This document shows positions 1-13,040 of a stretch of DNA of 64,000 bases, piece by piece. Positions within the stretch are counted from its first letter, which is position 1, and every line of letters starts with the position of its first letter. The notes beneath the pieces are model-generated. The model searched no databases, had not been told where the DNA came from, and worked only from the letters and a program-made list of their open reading frames with translations. The position numbers and the translations under genes are program-made. Where the stretch lies: positions 1,488,001 through 1,552,000 of the forward strand of contig OZ251238.1 of assembly GCA_965240325.2 (NCBI GenBank), in the 5' to 3' direction. This DNA is from Rebecca billardiae RCC1528. Its lineage: Eukaryota > Protista > Haptophyta.

Positions 1-50
1 ACGTACGGATGATATATCGAATATATCCTGCTGCCGAAAGAATCCCTTGA

Positions 51-2175
51 TCAGAGCGAGACCCACTTTTTGGATGCGTTGAAGTGGAACGTCTTCCGGC
101 CCAGCACCGCGCCGTGCGAGGGCGCGTAGTAGGCCGGGCCGGGCGCGCGGCCGGCTGCGCCGAGCGCGGGCGCGGCGGCGGCGGCGGCGGGCGGGCGGCG
201 CGCGCGGACGGGAGGTGAGCCTTTGCTTTTTGAATTCAAAAGGGCCCCGTGATGGTCTTTGGCGGCCGCGCGCGCGCGCTGGCCGCCCGGCCGGCTGGCC
301 GCGAGCGAGGGCGGCGCCGTGGCTGGGCATGATGCGCCGCGCGGCGCGGCGCGCACCGTCTGGGCCCGCAGCCGTCCTGCTCACGCCGCTCATGAAGACG
401 CTCGACGAGATCGCCGCCTCCTCGTCCACGCCGCGGAGCGTCTTGTGCCCGGAGGCGGTGGGCGCGTTGCGCGTGTCATACGCGCCCGGCCCCGGCGTGC
501 CTTGGAGCATCACCCGCGAGTGGCGCTGCACCGGGTGGCCGAAGCGGTCCTGTGTGCGCGCGGCGGCGCGAGAGGGCGGCAGGCGGGGCGATCACGGCGC
601 GCGGCGGGCGAGCACGGGCGTGTGAGGGCGGGACTTGAGAGCGCGCGCGAGCCGCGCCGCGCGGCGGCAGGCGCGACGGCCACGAGCCGCGCGGCGGCGG
701 GCGGGCCGGGGCGCGCGGCGCAGCGGCCGCGTGTCGCCGCGACCGCGCCCCGGCCCGGCCGCCGGGGCGGGGCCGCGGCGGCCGGGCCGCACGGCGGCCG
801 GGCGCGCACGCGCGGCCCCGCCGCCGTGCGCGCTCGGCCGCTGGCGCCGGCGCCCGGACCGTGCCGCCGCCTCGGCAGGGCGCGGCGCGCGCGCGGCGCG
901 GGCGCCGGCGAGCGGGCGGCGGCGCGCGCGGGCGCGGGCGCGCAGGCAGTCTGTTGCACGAACCGTGTTTCCAAATCGAAAGACGTGAGAAGGCCCGGCG
1001 GCGGCGTTCTTTGCGTAGGCGTCGGTGACCACCTGGGGTGCGTACGTGCCGGGCCCTGGCGTCACCGCCGCCGCGAGCGCCGGAGGCACGCCGCCGCCCG
1101 CGCCCACGCCCACCGCGCCGCCGTTCGGCGGCGGCGGCGCACTCGAGACGCCGAGTGTGATTTCTCTCGGAAGCTTTGGCGCGGCTGAGTTCGGCTCGGA
1201 GAGCGTGCGCGCCACGCCGGAGGCGAATGGCGCGCTCGGCCCGCGGTGGAAGCCGTCGCGCCCGGACGCGCCGTGCGCCGGCCGCGGGTCGTACGCGCCT
1301 GCGCACGGCGGCGCAGCGCGGTGCGGCGCACGCGCGCGTCGGCCGTCGTCGCCGGTGGGTGCGCCGTGGGCAGCCGGCGCTGTAACCGCATCTGTAACCG
1401 CATCTGTAACCGCATCTGTAACCGCCAACAGGGGCGGGCGCGCGCGCGACGCACCTGGTCCGGGCGCGTCGCGTCCGGAGAGGAGCGCGGCGCCCGTCGC
1501 CGCCGCGAGCGTCGAGTTGGGCGGCGGGAAGCGCGGGTTGGTGGACGCGAACACGTGGCTCTGCTGCTGCGCGCGGCCGGGGCCGTGCGCGCCGCGGCCG
1601 GGCGCGGCCGCGGCCGCCGCCTCGCCGAGCGGCGGGGTTGGGTCGTAGCTGCCCGGACCCGGCAGCGGCCTGCTGTCGGCGCCGTCGGGGCGGAGCGCGC
1701 GCCCGCCCTTCGCCGGCTGGAACGGCCGCGACACCGCGCGCGCGTCCGAGCCCGTCGCCTTGTAGCGGTGCGAATCGTAATTGCCAGGTCCAGGGCTGGC
1801 TCGCGCGCCGGCGGCGGCGGGCGCGGTGCGGCGCGAGCGCGAGGCGAAGCCGACGCCGTAGCCGCGCTTGCCGATGGAGGGCGCGGAGCGGAGCACCGTC
1901 GAGCCCCCCGCGTCGTACGCGCCCGGCCCAGGCGCGTCGCTCACGCTGTCGAGCGAGAAGCGGCTTGCCTGCGAGCCGAAACCCTCGCGCGCGCGAGTGT
2001 CGGCGAGGAGGGTGGTCTCATAGCGCGACGGGATGGTGGCCGTGGTGGGCGGGCGGGGCGCGGCGGTGAGCCGCTGCCCGGCGGTGCGCGAGAGGTGCAG
2101 CCGCCCCGCCTGCGCGGCGCGGCCCGCCTGCCGGTAGTTCACCTCCCCGTCGGGGGCGCTCGCCACCTCCGCCAT
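51..2175 (-). CDS. STPG1: Sperm-tail PG-rich (SHIPPO) repeat protein, STPG1/MAPO2-like; exons approx. 2175-1455, 1298-964, 549-357, 154-51
   Basis: Repeated PGPG(A/N/S/T)Y motifs with interspersed FxS..RF segments; C-terminus KTFHFNASKKW; GT-AG introns join GNT|DRFGHP and D|AGRAPGPAYY in frame. Confidence 0.75.
1381..1424. repeat. Intronic tandem 12-mer (TGTAACCGCATC)x~3.7
   Basis: Directly visible within intron 1299-1454. Confidence 0.9.
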
Positions 2176-5140
2176 CGCCTTTGCCGGGGAGCGGGCCGCG
2201 CGGGCGAAACGGACAATATCTCCACCCTGCTTTGCCCTGACTGTCTCTTCTGTGTATCATATCTGAGTTAGGGTTGTGCACGTTAAAACATAGTAAACTG
2301 TAAACTTCATGAAGCTGTTATCGTACGGGTACCGGGTACTGTCTGCACTTGTACTGCCAAAGGTCAAAGGACCTATCCATGGCCTCCGGTGCGGCCGGAA
2401 GTCCCACGGTTCGCGATGGCGTCCGCGCGCGCGAGCTCTACAACGGCGCACGGCTCAGGGTGGCGAGCGGAAGGGTCGGTACGGTCGGTATGGGTGCCGA
2501 GGTGGACGATTGACCCGATGGGCTGCCATCTGAGGGCGAACTTGGCCCGCTCGAGCTCGACGATCTGGCCGACGGTCGCGATTCCCTCGATGACGGCGAC
2601 AACCGCGCGCCCGACGAGGCCGTTAAGACGCCACCCGGCTCAGAGCCCGCGCGCGACGCTGGGAGTGGGGTATGTGCATTTGATCCAACGCCCAGCCAGG
2701 GCGACGCGCACGGTCAAGGTGCCCAGCTCTCTCGCGGACGCAGGCGAGGCGGCGGTTGCGGTCCGGCTCACGCCCTCCTGGTGCCCGGCGTGCGGTCCAG
2801 CGTTCCACCCCACCTGCTGCAACGCCTACCACGGCTGGTAGCCCGCTGATCCAGACGACTAGTGGGCACGCACGTTTCCCCGCGGAGCGCGAGCGAGCGC
2901 TGCCGCTGACACTCGATTCGTGCGCGCGCGCGGCCGACAGAAGTACTCATCACGTCAGCCAGTGCGCGCACGCACCCGCGCGCGATGATGCCAACGACTA
3001 CTCAGGGCATCCGACACGGGCCGGCGTGAGCCAGGGAATAGTGGGCGATGCTATCCGCCCACGCTGCACTCGTAGCACGCGTTTCTGGCTGACCAGAGCG
3101 CCTCAAGGTGTGAGCGTAGGTGAAGGCAGAAGGGTGGGATCCCACCCAGGCCACCGAAGCTCCTTGACCTTAGGCCCTTCGGATTTGTGACCGTCACGTG
3201 TCATGTAACCGTGGGCGTGATGTGGCATGTGCGACAGATGAAGATTGGCCTATACCCAACTCGAGGTCGCTGGATTGAGCGAGCTGTCGTCACTGGCAGC
3301 GCGGAACGCCACGCTCTCAACGCCCTGAAGAGATATACAGTGTGACACGCGGTCCATCATCGCCGAGTCGAGCGGCGCGCCACCACTGGCGAGGACGCGC
3401 GCGCGTGAGGCGCATACGCGCAACGCCGAGCACGCGGCGCGCACGCTCGCGCCGCGCCGTATGCCTCGCGCCGTGCGGCCGCAGGTCCCACACCGCGCGC
3501 ACGCGCCACCGTGGACGGCCGCGCGCGCGCTGTCGAGCACGTGCTGGAACCTCGGGGGTTCACTGCCACAAAGCCACAGGCTGCACTCCAAGCACTGGAC
3601 CTGGTAGTTGTGCGTCATCATGGGCCATGTCGTTGGCGGCACCGCCTAGCGCCCCGGCGCCTTGATGTCGCGCGCGCATCGGCCTACTGTTCGGCGTCAG
3701 TGCTTCCTGGTACTCTTCAGCAGTACTACTGTACATACCTGTCCTTGCGAGCGGCTTCCTGACAAGCTGCATACCTTGCGCTGCATGCAATTGCTGGCTT
3801 CACGGGCATGGCTGTCTAGCCTCGCGCGCTGCGATCGCTCAGCAGTTTCATGGCCATGGTGCGCTCGAGCTGTCGTGTCATGCAGCTAGGTGTGCACAGC
3901 ATGACAGCAACGACCTCGCGCGTAGCTACAGTCGCACGCGAGAACGCCATCGGCCATGCGTGCCGGCCGGATGGTGGCTTCCATCTCGTTCGTCGGCGCG
4001 CCCAGATGCAATTCAGCGGCGCGAGGGTTGGTCACTGCGCCTCTCCTGTCTCCAACTGCCCAGCAGGCATCGCGCGTGCGGGCGCGAGCGCGAGCACATG
4101 CTGCACTGAATACACTCAGCCATGTGCAGCGGGCCGGCGACCCCTTCACTTCCGGAGCAAGAGTCCGGGCGGAGTCATGATGGCATCTCACAGCCCGGGA
4201 CGGAGTAGACAGCTACTCCGGCGGTTCTTGGGTCCGGGCCGACAGAGCAAACGCCCTGTCGACAGAGCGGGGCCCCGCGCGTACCCCCATGGTGTGAATG
4301 CGCCGCCGGTCTACTACTATACTTATTTTTCAGACTATCTCGAGATTTCGTCAGGCGATCAGTATTCAGACCATGCGCGCCGGAGGTGATGGCTCCAGAA
4401 GCTTCGCGCAGCTGCGCAGCCTGGCACGTCGTCATCTCCTCGGGCGTGCACGTCGCCTCAGTTGTAATAAGTATCATACTTCACGACGACGTGGCATGCA
4501 ATAACAGTCAGAATATTGGCCCAGGACCGATGACGTCGGCTGCCTTTGGCGGAGCAGCCGATTTGAACGTGAAAGGGAGCGCGCACACCCGGGCGCCAGC
4601 GGCTGAGTGGTCAAAAGGAGAGCGGAGTGAGCAGGGGCTCGCAGAGCGGTGCTATCATCAATCAATCGCGGCGACGAACCACATCGTCGCGCGCCGTGAT
4701 TGCCCACTAAGACGGAAAAGTCGACATCAATACAGTACTGACCACGAGGCCAATCCTTGATTAGAAGAAGCAGGCATGCATCATTATCGTTGCCGCGGCG
4801 ATGGATCCACGAATCAAAACTCGCGGAGCGCGAGGGCGGCCTACTTCGAGATGATTACGACGGTTGCATGGCGCCTAGGATTCGGGACCGAGGCGGCTGG
4901 GCGGCGGCGATGATGAGCAAAAAGTGCTCACCGTGCCCCTTCTCCGAATGCTCCGACCGATGCATCTGCTGCATCATCTCCCGCGCATCTCCGCAAAACT
5001 GGCGCGCCGCGAATCCAGGCGCGAGGGCCGCGCGGCGCCGCGACTCGCTTTCCCGAGCAGTCTGCAGGCGTGCGCTCAAATTCTAGCCGCTCGAGAGCGG
5101 CGAGTGGGAGGTTGCGCCGAGACCAGTGGTCCCGTGCAGG

Positions 5141-6333
5141 ATGCATCGCGCCGCGCTGTGCGTCGCGCTCGTCGCGTGCTTGCTCGGCGGGACGACGGCG
5201 CAGTTCGCGCCGCCGAGCCCGCCACCGAGCCCGCCGCCCAGCCCGCCCCCGACGCCGACTCCACCGTCCCCACCGTCTCCGCCTCCGACGCCGCCGCCGT
5301 CGCCGCCGCCGCCGCTGCCGCCACCATCCCCGCCGCCGAGCCCGCCGCCGAGCCCGCCGCCAAGCCCTCCGCCGCCGAGCCCGCCGCCAAGCCCCCCGCC
5401 CAGCCCGCCGCCGAGCCCGCCGCCGAGCCCGCCACCGAGCCCCCCGCCGTCGCCGCCGCCGAGCCCGCCGCCGCCGAGCCCGCCGCCAAGCCCGCCACCG
5501 AGCCCGCCGCCGAGCCCGCCGCCGTCGCCGCCGCCGTCACCGCCGCCGTCGCCACCGCCGACCCCGCCACCGTCGCCGCCGCCGTCCCCTCCGCCGTCGC
5601 CGCCGCCGAGCCCGCCGCCGAGCCCGCCGCCGTCGCCGCCGCCGAGCCCGCCGCCGTCGCCGCCGCCGAGCCCGCCGCCGTCGCCGCCGCCGACCCCGCC
5701 GCCGTCGCCGCCGCCGTCGCCGCCGCCGTCGCCGCCGCCGAGCCCGCCGCCGTCGCCACCGCCAAGCCCGCCGCCCTCGCCGCCGCCCTCGCCGCCACCG
5801 TCGCCGCCGCCGTCGCCGCCGCCTACGCCGCCGCCGTCGCCGCCGCCATCGCCGCCGCCGTCGCCGCCGCCGACCCCGCCGCCGAGCCCGCCGCCGTCGC
5901 CGCCGCCTACGCCGCCGCCGTCGCCGCCGCCGAGCCCGCCGCCGTCGCCGCCGCCGAGCCCGCCGCCGTCGCCGCCGCCGACCCCGCCGCCGTCGCCGCC
6001 GCCGTCACCGCCGCCGGCGCCGCCGCCCTCGCCGCCGCCGCCGTCGCCACCGCCGAGCCCGCCGCCCTCGCCGCCGCCCTCGCCGCCGCCCTCGCCGCCG
6101 CCCTCGCCGCCGCCGCCGAGCCCGCCGCCGAGCCCGCCGCCGCCACCCTCACCGTCGCCGCCGCCGCCGTCGCCGCCACCCTCGCCGCCGCCACTCCCAC
6201 CGCCGAGCCCGCCGCCGCCGCCCATTTCGCCGTCCCCGCCGCCCTCGCCGCCGCCGCCGCCGCCTCCGCCGGCGCCGCCGCCGTCGCCGCCGCCGCCGCC
6301 GTCGCCGCCATCCCCGCCGCCGCCGCCGCCCAC

Positions 6334-6370
<37 letters not shown>

Positions 6371-6728
6371 CCCTCGCCCTCGCCGCCGCCACCCTCGCCG
6401 CCGCCCTCGCCGCCGCCCACGCCGCCGCCCTCGCCGCCGCCGCCGCCGAACCCGCCGAGCCCGCCGTTGCCGCCGCCGAGCCCGCCGCCGCCGCCGCCGC
6501 CGCCGGCGCCGCCGCCCTCGCCGCCGCCGCCGCCCTCGCCGCCGCCGCCGCCGGCGCCGCCGCCCTCGCCGCCGCCACCGCCGCCGCCGCCGGCGCCGCC
6601 GCCCTCGCCGCCGCCGCCGCCCTCGCCCTCGCCGCCCTCGTCGCCGCCGCCGCCCTCGCCCTCGCCGCCGCCGCCCTCGCCGCCGCCGACCTTCGACGAG
6701 CCGCCCAGCCCGCCCGCCGCGCCGCCCG

Positions 6729-6772
<44 letters not shown>

Positions 6773-6818
6773 CCGCCGTGCCCGCCGCCGAGCCCGCCGC
6801 CGCCACCGAACCCGCCCA

Positions 6819-6855
<37 letters not shown>

Positions 6856-8674
6856 AACCCCCCCGCCCAGCCCGCCGCCGCCGCCGATCCCGCCGAGCCC
6901 GCCGCCGTCGCCGCCGCCGCCGCCGGCGCCGCCGTCGCCGCCGCCCTCGCCACCGCCGCCGCCAACGCCGCCGCTCAACTTTTGGGCCACCTCGGACGAG
7001 TTCACGACGTGCACGTACTTGCAGAGCGACGCCACCGTCGGCGTGCACAAGTGCCGCTACGTCGAGAACGACTCCGTACTCGCCGGCACGCTGCCCGCCG
7101 CCCTCGCCACGCTGACCGAGCTCGAGCGGCTCACGGTCGGCCAACTGGTGACCGGAACCATGCCCACGGAGATCGGCAAGCTCACGCGTCTCTTTGAGCT
7201 CCTGATGGTAGGATCGCTTACGGGGGGCGACGCGCTGGACATGGACGTCGTGCTGCCCACCGAGATCGGCCTGCTCACCGACCTGCACCGCCTGTCCCTC
7301 GCCAACGTCGTGACGCTCGGCAAGATCCCGACCGAGCTGGGCAACCTCAAGCGCGTCGAGAAGGTGCAATTGGTCAGCGTGTCGTTTGACGGCTCGCTCC
7401 CCACCGAGATCGGCGCGTGCGCGGAGCTGAGGGAGCTCGAGATCGACACGGTCACCGGCCTCACCGGCACGCTCCCGACGGAGCTGGGCCAGCTGCTGAA
7501 CGACGCCTCGCGCTGGAACCCGAACAACAGCGCCGACGAGTACAACAACGACTTGGACGACATCACCAGCGGCAGCGACGAGGTGGGCGGCGACGTCCGA
7601 TTGACCGTGCAGAACTGGGAGAGCCTCGAGGGTACGCTGCCGACGGAGTTCGGCCACATGAGCGCAGCGTCCCTGCTCCGCGTGGCGCAGAACCTCAACA
7701 TCGTTGGCGTCATCCCGACGGAGGTCGGCACGATGGTGCACTTGTCGGACCTGATCCTGCGCGACAACAACCTGCACGGCATCCTGCCGACGGAGATTGC
7801 GCTGATCGCGCGGCGGGAGAAGATCGAGAAGGTGAACGGCGCCATCAAGCCGCTCACTGGCGGCGCGCCGCTCCAGAGTCTCTCGGTGCAGGGCAACGTC
7901 ATTGGCGGCAAGATCCCGACCGAGTTCGGGCTGATCACCGGTGGCGGCCTTGCTTGCACCCTCACCGACTCCAGCTCGACGTGGCACACCGACCAGGGCC
8001 TCGCCTTCCAGGACAACTTCTTCTCCTTGCCCGACGGGCCGGCCAAGCACCCCTTCGAACAGTCGGACTGCTCCTCCTTCGCCACGTACCCGTCGCCGCC
8101 CTCGCCGGTCGTGGCGTCGGATCCGACGCCCGGCTCTGGCAGCCTCATCATCACGGGCCAGGTGACGCTCGGCGGCACGGTGGCCAGCTGCGCGATCGCC
8201 TCGGCGGGGCTCAAGCGGGCGCTCGCGAGGGGCCTCGGCATCTCGGAGGACGACGTCAACATCGTGTCGTGCGCCGCCGCCTCGATCCGCATCGTGTACG
8301 AGATCACGCAGAACACGGCCACGTACACGGACAGCGTGACGATCGAGCAGAAGCTGTCCAACACGGTGCTGCTGAAGGACATCGAGAGCCTGATTGCGCA
8401 GGAGACGGGCTTCGCCATCGTGCCCGGCTCGGTGACGATCCTCGGCATCGCGACGGTCAACCTCACGCCGCCGCCGCCGCCGAGCCCGCCGCCCTCGTCG
8501 CCGCCGCCGGCGCTCCCGCCGACGGCGACCGCGCTGTCGGACGAGGAGCTCGCGGGCGTGGTCGTCGGCACGATCGGCGGCTGCTGCTGCCTCGTCGGCG
8601 CGTGCTTCCTGATCTACTGGTACGTGATCAAGCCGAAGCAGCAGGACGGGGGCGCGCAGGTGTCGCGCGCCTGA
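5141..8674 (+). CDS. Single-pass surface protein: signal peptide, ~600-aa Ser-Pro(3-5) extensin-like rod, LRR domain, C-terminal TM helix, short tail
   Basis: ATG 5141 MHRAALCVALVACLLGGTTAQ; (SPPP)n; ~10 repeats of G.(L/I)PTE.G.L; hydrophobic LAGVVVGTIGGCCCLVGACFLIYWYVI followed by KPK; uninterrupted ORF. Confidence 0.85.
5207..6972. repeat. Coding low-complexity CCG-rich array encoding (SPPP)n
   Basis: Near-continuous ccg/tcg/agc codon repeats. Confidence 0.95.
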
Positions 8675-9540
8675 GCGTGCGCACGCGGCGCCGCGCCGCC
8701 CGCCGGCGCGGTCGGCCCGGCCGCAGCTCGCGTGGCGGCCGCGGCGGGCGGCCGCGCGCGCTGCGGACGGCGGCGCGCCCGCGCCGTGGGCCTCCGTTCA
8801 CTCCTCCGCCCTCCACGGCCGGGCGTCACCAACGACTTCGAGCCCTGCATCGCCTTTCTTATTCTCCGCTCCCATCCTCCCCTCATCTGCTCCATCGTCC
8901 CTCGGCGGCCACCGCCCCGAGGTGGCGGCGTCGGCATACGCACGCTTTCACCATGTCTTCACTTCAATCAACACGAGCTCGGCGGCGGCCGCGCGGCCGC
9001 ATCGCCGCGCTCGGCGCGGCGCGCACGGCGTGCCGGCGCCGGCGCACTGCGCACCACGCGTCGCTGCAGTGCGTCGGCCGCCAGCGGCCGCTGCCGCCTC
9101 GTCGGCCGCCGCCGCCGCCGCCGCGCACGCGCGACCGCGCGTGCACCCGCTGCACGTCACCCTCATCGCCCTCCTCGGCGCGTCGCGGTGACGACGCTCA
9201 CCTCGTCCGCCCTCGCGGCGCAGCCGCGCCGCGCTGGCCCGCATGGCCGCCACCCTCGCCTCGTCCGCTCGAACAGTGATCGATTGCGCGCCCTTCCGGC
9301 GCGTGGCACTCGTCGGCGTGTCCGCACGCGCCTGATCCGGTGCGTGGGCGGCACGGCGTCCGAGAGCCCCGCGCCACCACGCCAGCGCATGTGCTCTTCA
9401 CGGGACGACTGACTGAGCGAGCCCAGGCGGCCCCGACGATGATGCGGGCGCGCGCGCCTCCGGCGGCGGCCGCTGCCGCCTGCGCGGCGCCGGACGACTA
9501 CGTAGTAGTATAGCAGCGCAGTAGTGTCATGATGATTATA

Positions 9541-9564
9541 ATACATACATACATACATACATAC
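9541..9564. repeat. (ATAC)n microsatellite in an AT-rich intergenic island
   Basis: atacatacatacatacatacatac visible. Confidence 0.9.
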
Positions 9565-10462
9565 TACTAATATATAATAATACTGATTTTTTTTACAATA
9601 TTACTAGAGCTATATATACTGCTTATTAATAATGACGACGTATCTCGTCAGATTCAATCTCGGTGTCGATCGATCACTCGCACTCGCTGCTTGGAGAGCC
9701 AGCTGCTACCGATCCCAGCTGCTGCGCCTTTGAGCTGCGTGGTTGTTTCGCAGCTTAAATTATAATGCCCCCGTGCCAATAGTTACGACTGTTATAATAT
9801 ATATATATACTTATACATATATGTATAACATTAGTGATGTAGCCACCATAATAACTACCATTGCCGTTTTGATTGAAGTCGCGTGCGATGGCGCTTCCCG
9901 CCCGCGAGACACCTGCTCGTGATATGACGAGGGCCTACTTAAGTGAGTACTTTCCGCACCGAGCCCGACGCTCGGCAGGTGGATCGCGCGAGGTGGCGGT
10001 TGTCGTGCGCAGCGCTTCTACTGCTGTGGCCCTTGCGAGCGCTCGACGTGCAAGTCAGGCTAGGACCGCCCCAGGTCGCACGATCGTGTCCGGACGCGCC
10101 GAGCGTACTGCTCCAAACGCGTCGACTTTGGCCCCCAGTCGACCTGCACGCGAGACGACGCGAGGGCAGCAATCGCGAATCGGGCGAAAGCACGTCTCGG
10201 GAATCCCGGCGCACGATGCTGAATTGCGCAGTCCGCGCCGGCGTTGGATCTGGCGCGCGCCGCCCACGCGCTCCGCGCCATCCAGGAACCCTTTTTCGGG
10301 CCGAGCGTCCCCAGTCCTTGGGAGCTGCGAGGGCGCCCGGTGGTGAGCGAGGCGTTCAGTTTCTGTTCTTGGCGAGGCGATTTTTTCATTCTTCCTGCTG
10401 ATGTATTCTTTTCTGCTTTTTCCCGGACACTACAAGGCCTGTTTTATTTCGTAGTCTAGCTA

Positions 10463-11686
10463 CAGTTTACTAAGAATAAGAGACGCACACAGCTCAGGCA
10501 GGCGAGATCGTATTTGCAGTTTACTAATAAGAATAAGAGACGAGCTCAGGCAGGCGAGATCGACGCCCGCCAACTGTCACCGCCCATGGAGCCGTCGCCG
10601 ATGGCTGCGCCGCCGGAAAATTCGTTCAGCCGTCCGCCTGCGAGGCCTGGATGAGGGCTGCGGCCGCGTCGCGGCGCGCCAGCGCCCGTCGTCCTCGCCC
10701 CACCGTCGTCCACAAAACGTCCGCCGCGGTCGTCCGAACTCGCCGACTGGGCGCCGATGCAACAGCGCGCCGACAGGATGTAGTACTATGGAATGTGGAG
10801 CCCCACTGTCGGTTGGGGAAGGCGTGTACAGTATCAAGCGGCATGACAGTACTGACATTCGCCAAAACGCGGTACAATGGCGGCTTGCCCGCTGGTGGTG
10901 GGTACCGGCAGTAGTGATGGCACGCCGTTGGCGCATGTTCGTACTAGGGCGCTGAGCTGTACTGAAAGATGATGCCACGGTTTGCTGCTTAGCCTTGCCA
11001 TGGTGCTTCGCCATGATACAGAGGTCACTCGCAGGGCACGGCAGTGAGACGTCGCCGCGCCGCCGGCGGCAAACCGCAGTTACGGACGCGCTGCAAGCTG
11101 CAAGCACTCTGCCTTGGCTTCTTCGCGCCCATGTCAGTTGGTGAACCAGGATTGTTGAACGATAGATGGACTGCAAACGCTACCAGCTCTACTCGCTCCG
11201 CCGCCACTTCCTTGTCGAGCGTGAGATGTTTCCGTTGCGTGCGCTCGCATGCAGCTTGCCGCCTGCATTTGAACGTGGTCACGGCAGGTTGGTGGGCCGG
11301 GTGTTCAGGCCTCCTCGGCGTAGATGACGACAAGGTGCGTGCCACGCGCACCCTTGTCGCGCGGAAAGGCGTGCACACGCGTCCTCGCGCATCTTTCAGG
11401 CTGCAGTCTTGGCCAAGATGATGAGAACAAGCCTGCCAGTGCCGCGCAGGCGCGAGCGCGCGGAGAGTTCTGGGATCCGACCCATGGTGTTGGGTGTACC
11501 TCGTGTGCGACAACGACGAGGCGGACGAGCGCCGCAACTGGATTCGTGCACTCACCGGTCACCGAGGAGTGCACGAATCGCATTCCTTGCGCACGTGGGG
11601 GCCGCCATCGACCGAAACAAATCAACTGTAGAAGAGAGATACTGTGACTGTCCGTGAGCCTTACGCACGTTAAAACAAATAAACTG
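10463..11686. mobile_element. Putative degenerate or non-autonomous TIR DNA transposon with CAGTTTA ends flanked by TA
   Basis: TA|CAGTTTACTA at 10461 and TAAACTG|TA at 11680-11688. The left ~320 bp recurs inverted at 44365-44654; the right-end motif GCACGTTAAAACA..TAAACTG|TA recurs at 2278-2302. Confidence 0.5.
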
Positions 11687-12283
11687 TAGGACGACGGCAA
11701 CTCCCAGTGGCCGGAGACCGAGGTCATGGTACCGACTCCATCGTGCCGGGGGCGAGGGCCGCTGAGTTCCGAGCGACGCCGAGGCCGCCCGGCCCCTCCC
11801 TCCCGCTCCCGAGCGCCGCTCCGCTGCCGCGGGCGTGCACGCCGCCAAATCCAATTCGACGCGCGCGGCGCTGCCATGCTGTCGACGCTTCAACCGGGTC
11901 GTCGGTCGACTGCCGCCGCGCCCGCGCCCGCCGCCGAGCCCACCGGGTGCGCCCACGCGCCGCGCGGCACTCGCGCGGGCGCCGAACCGACCGGCGCCGC
12001 CGCGAGCGCCCGCGTGAGGGGCGCGTCAGAGAGGGGGAAATTCGCGGGTGTTAAGCTTGGAAAGACACTATATATATATATACCGATTCCCACTGGCGAG
12101 CTAGCACCGCTAGCACCGTAGCACGGGTTTGTCGCCGTGACATAATATAGCGCGTAATAATTATTACATGCATATATTATATATTAACGACGTGGTATGC
12201 AACGGGCAGGCGTCAGAGTCAATAATATTAATAATAAATGACGAATAATATGGAATCGTCTCAATCTGTCGTTATTAAGTACT

Positions 12284-13004
12284 TATTGGGTAAACGCGAG
12301 CTCCGAGCGTCTCGAGCCCTGCTAAAAGCTCACCGGCACGTCCTCGGGCGCGTCGTCGGTGACGCCCACGAAGGCAATCTCGACCCTCGCTCCTCTGACG
12401 AGCGAAGCTAATCCTCCTGCCGCAACCAACTTTCGGTTGCGCAGGGTGACACGGCGTTTTGCGGCCCGGCTCGGGAATCTTGTAACCTTCCTGAGCCCCG
12501 CTTCCGTGCGTCCGCCAATCGCAGGCGTTACCGACGCACCGCCGTAAGCTCATCTTTCCCCCAGGTACTCGGTAATGTCATCGGACCTGGGTAAGCTGCG
12601 CACGGACCCATGATCCCGGATTCTCGATTCTCAAAACTGAGAATCCGGGCGTCCATGAATGAAGTGATCGAGTCCGTTGTTCCTTGGACTCTTCCACGAT
12701 GGCGCCCGCCTGTGCCGCCGGCGTGCCATCCGTGCCGCGTGCGCCGGGCCGTACCGCCCGCGCACGCGCCGCGTCCGTGTCGCTCCGCGTCCGCGCTGCC
12801 GCGTCCGCGCTCCGCGTCCACGTCGCTCCGCGCCAGCGCTGCTGCGCTCGCGCTCCTGCCGCCGCGCGCGCCGCGCGCGCGCGCCGCCAGAGCCAGCCAC
12901 TGCGTAGCTGATGCCGCCGGCCCGCCTGGTGCGGCGCCGGCCCTGACGTCCCAGCGGCGACGCCATCTGCTGAGATGCGCGCCCCAGGCTGCGTCAGCTC
13001 AACA
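12284..13004 (-). repeat. 3' LTR of copia-1 (TG...TA on minus strand)
   Basis: Direct repeat of 18931-19651; no difference found by eye. Confidence 0.95.
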
Positions 13005-13040
13005 CCCCCCCTCGACAGCCATAGCCGCGAGCTGCGCCGC

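Noticed and set aside
4924-8571. Long poly-Arg, poly-Gly and poly-Ala ORFs overlapping the SPPP gene
   Set aside because: Shadow frames of a CCG repeat; only the frame from ATG 5141 has a signal peptide, LRRs and a TM helix.
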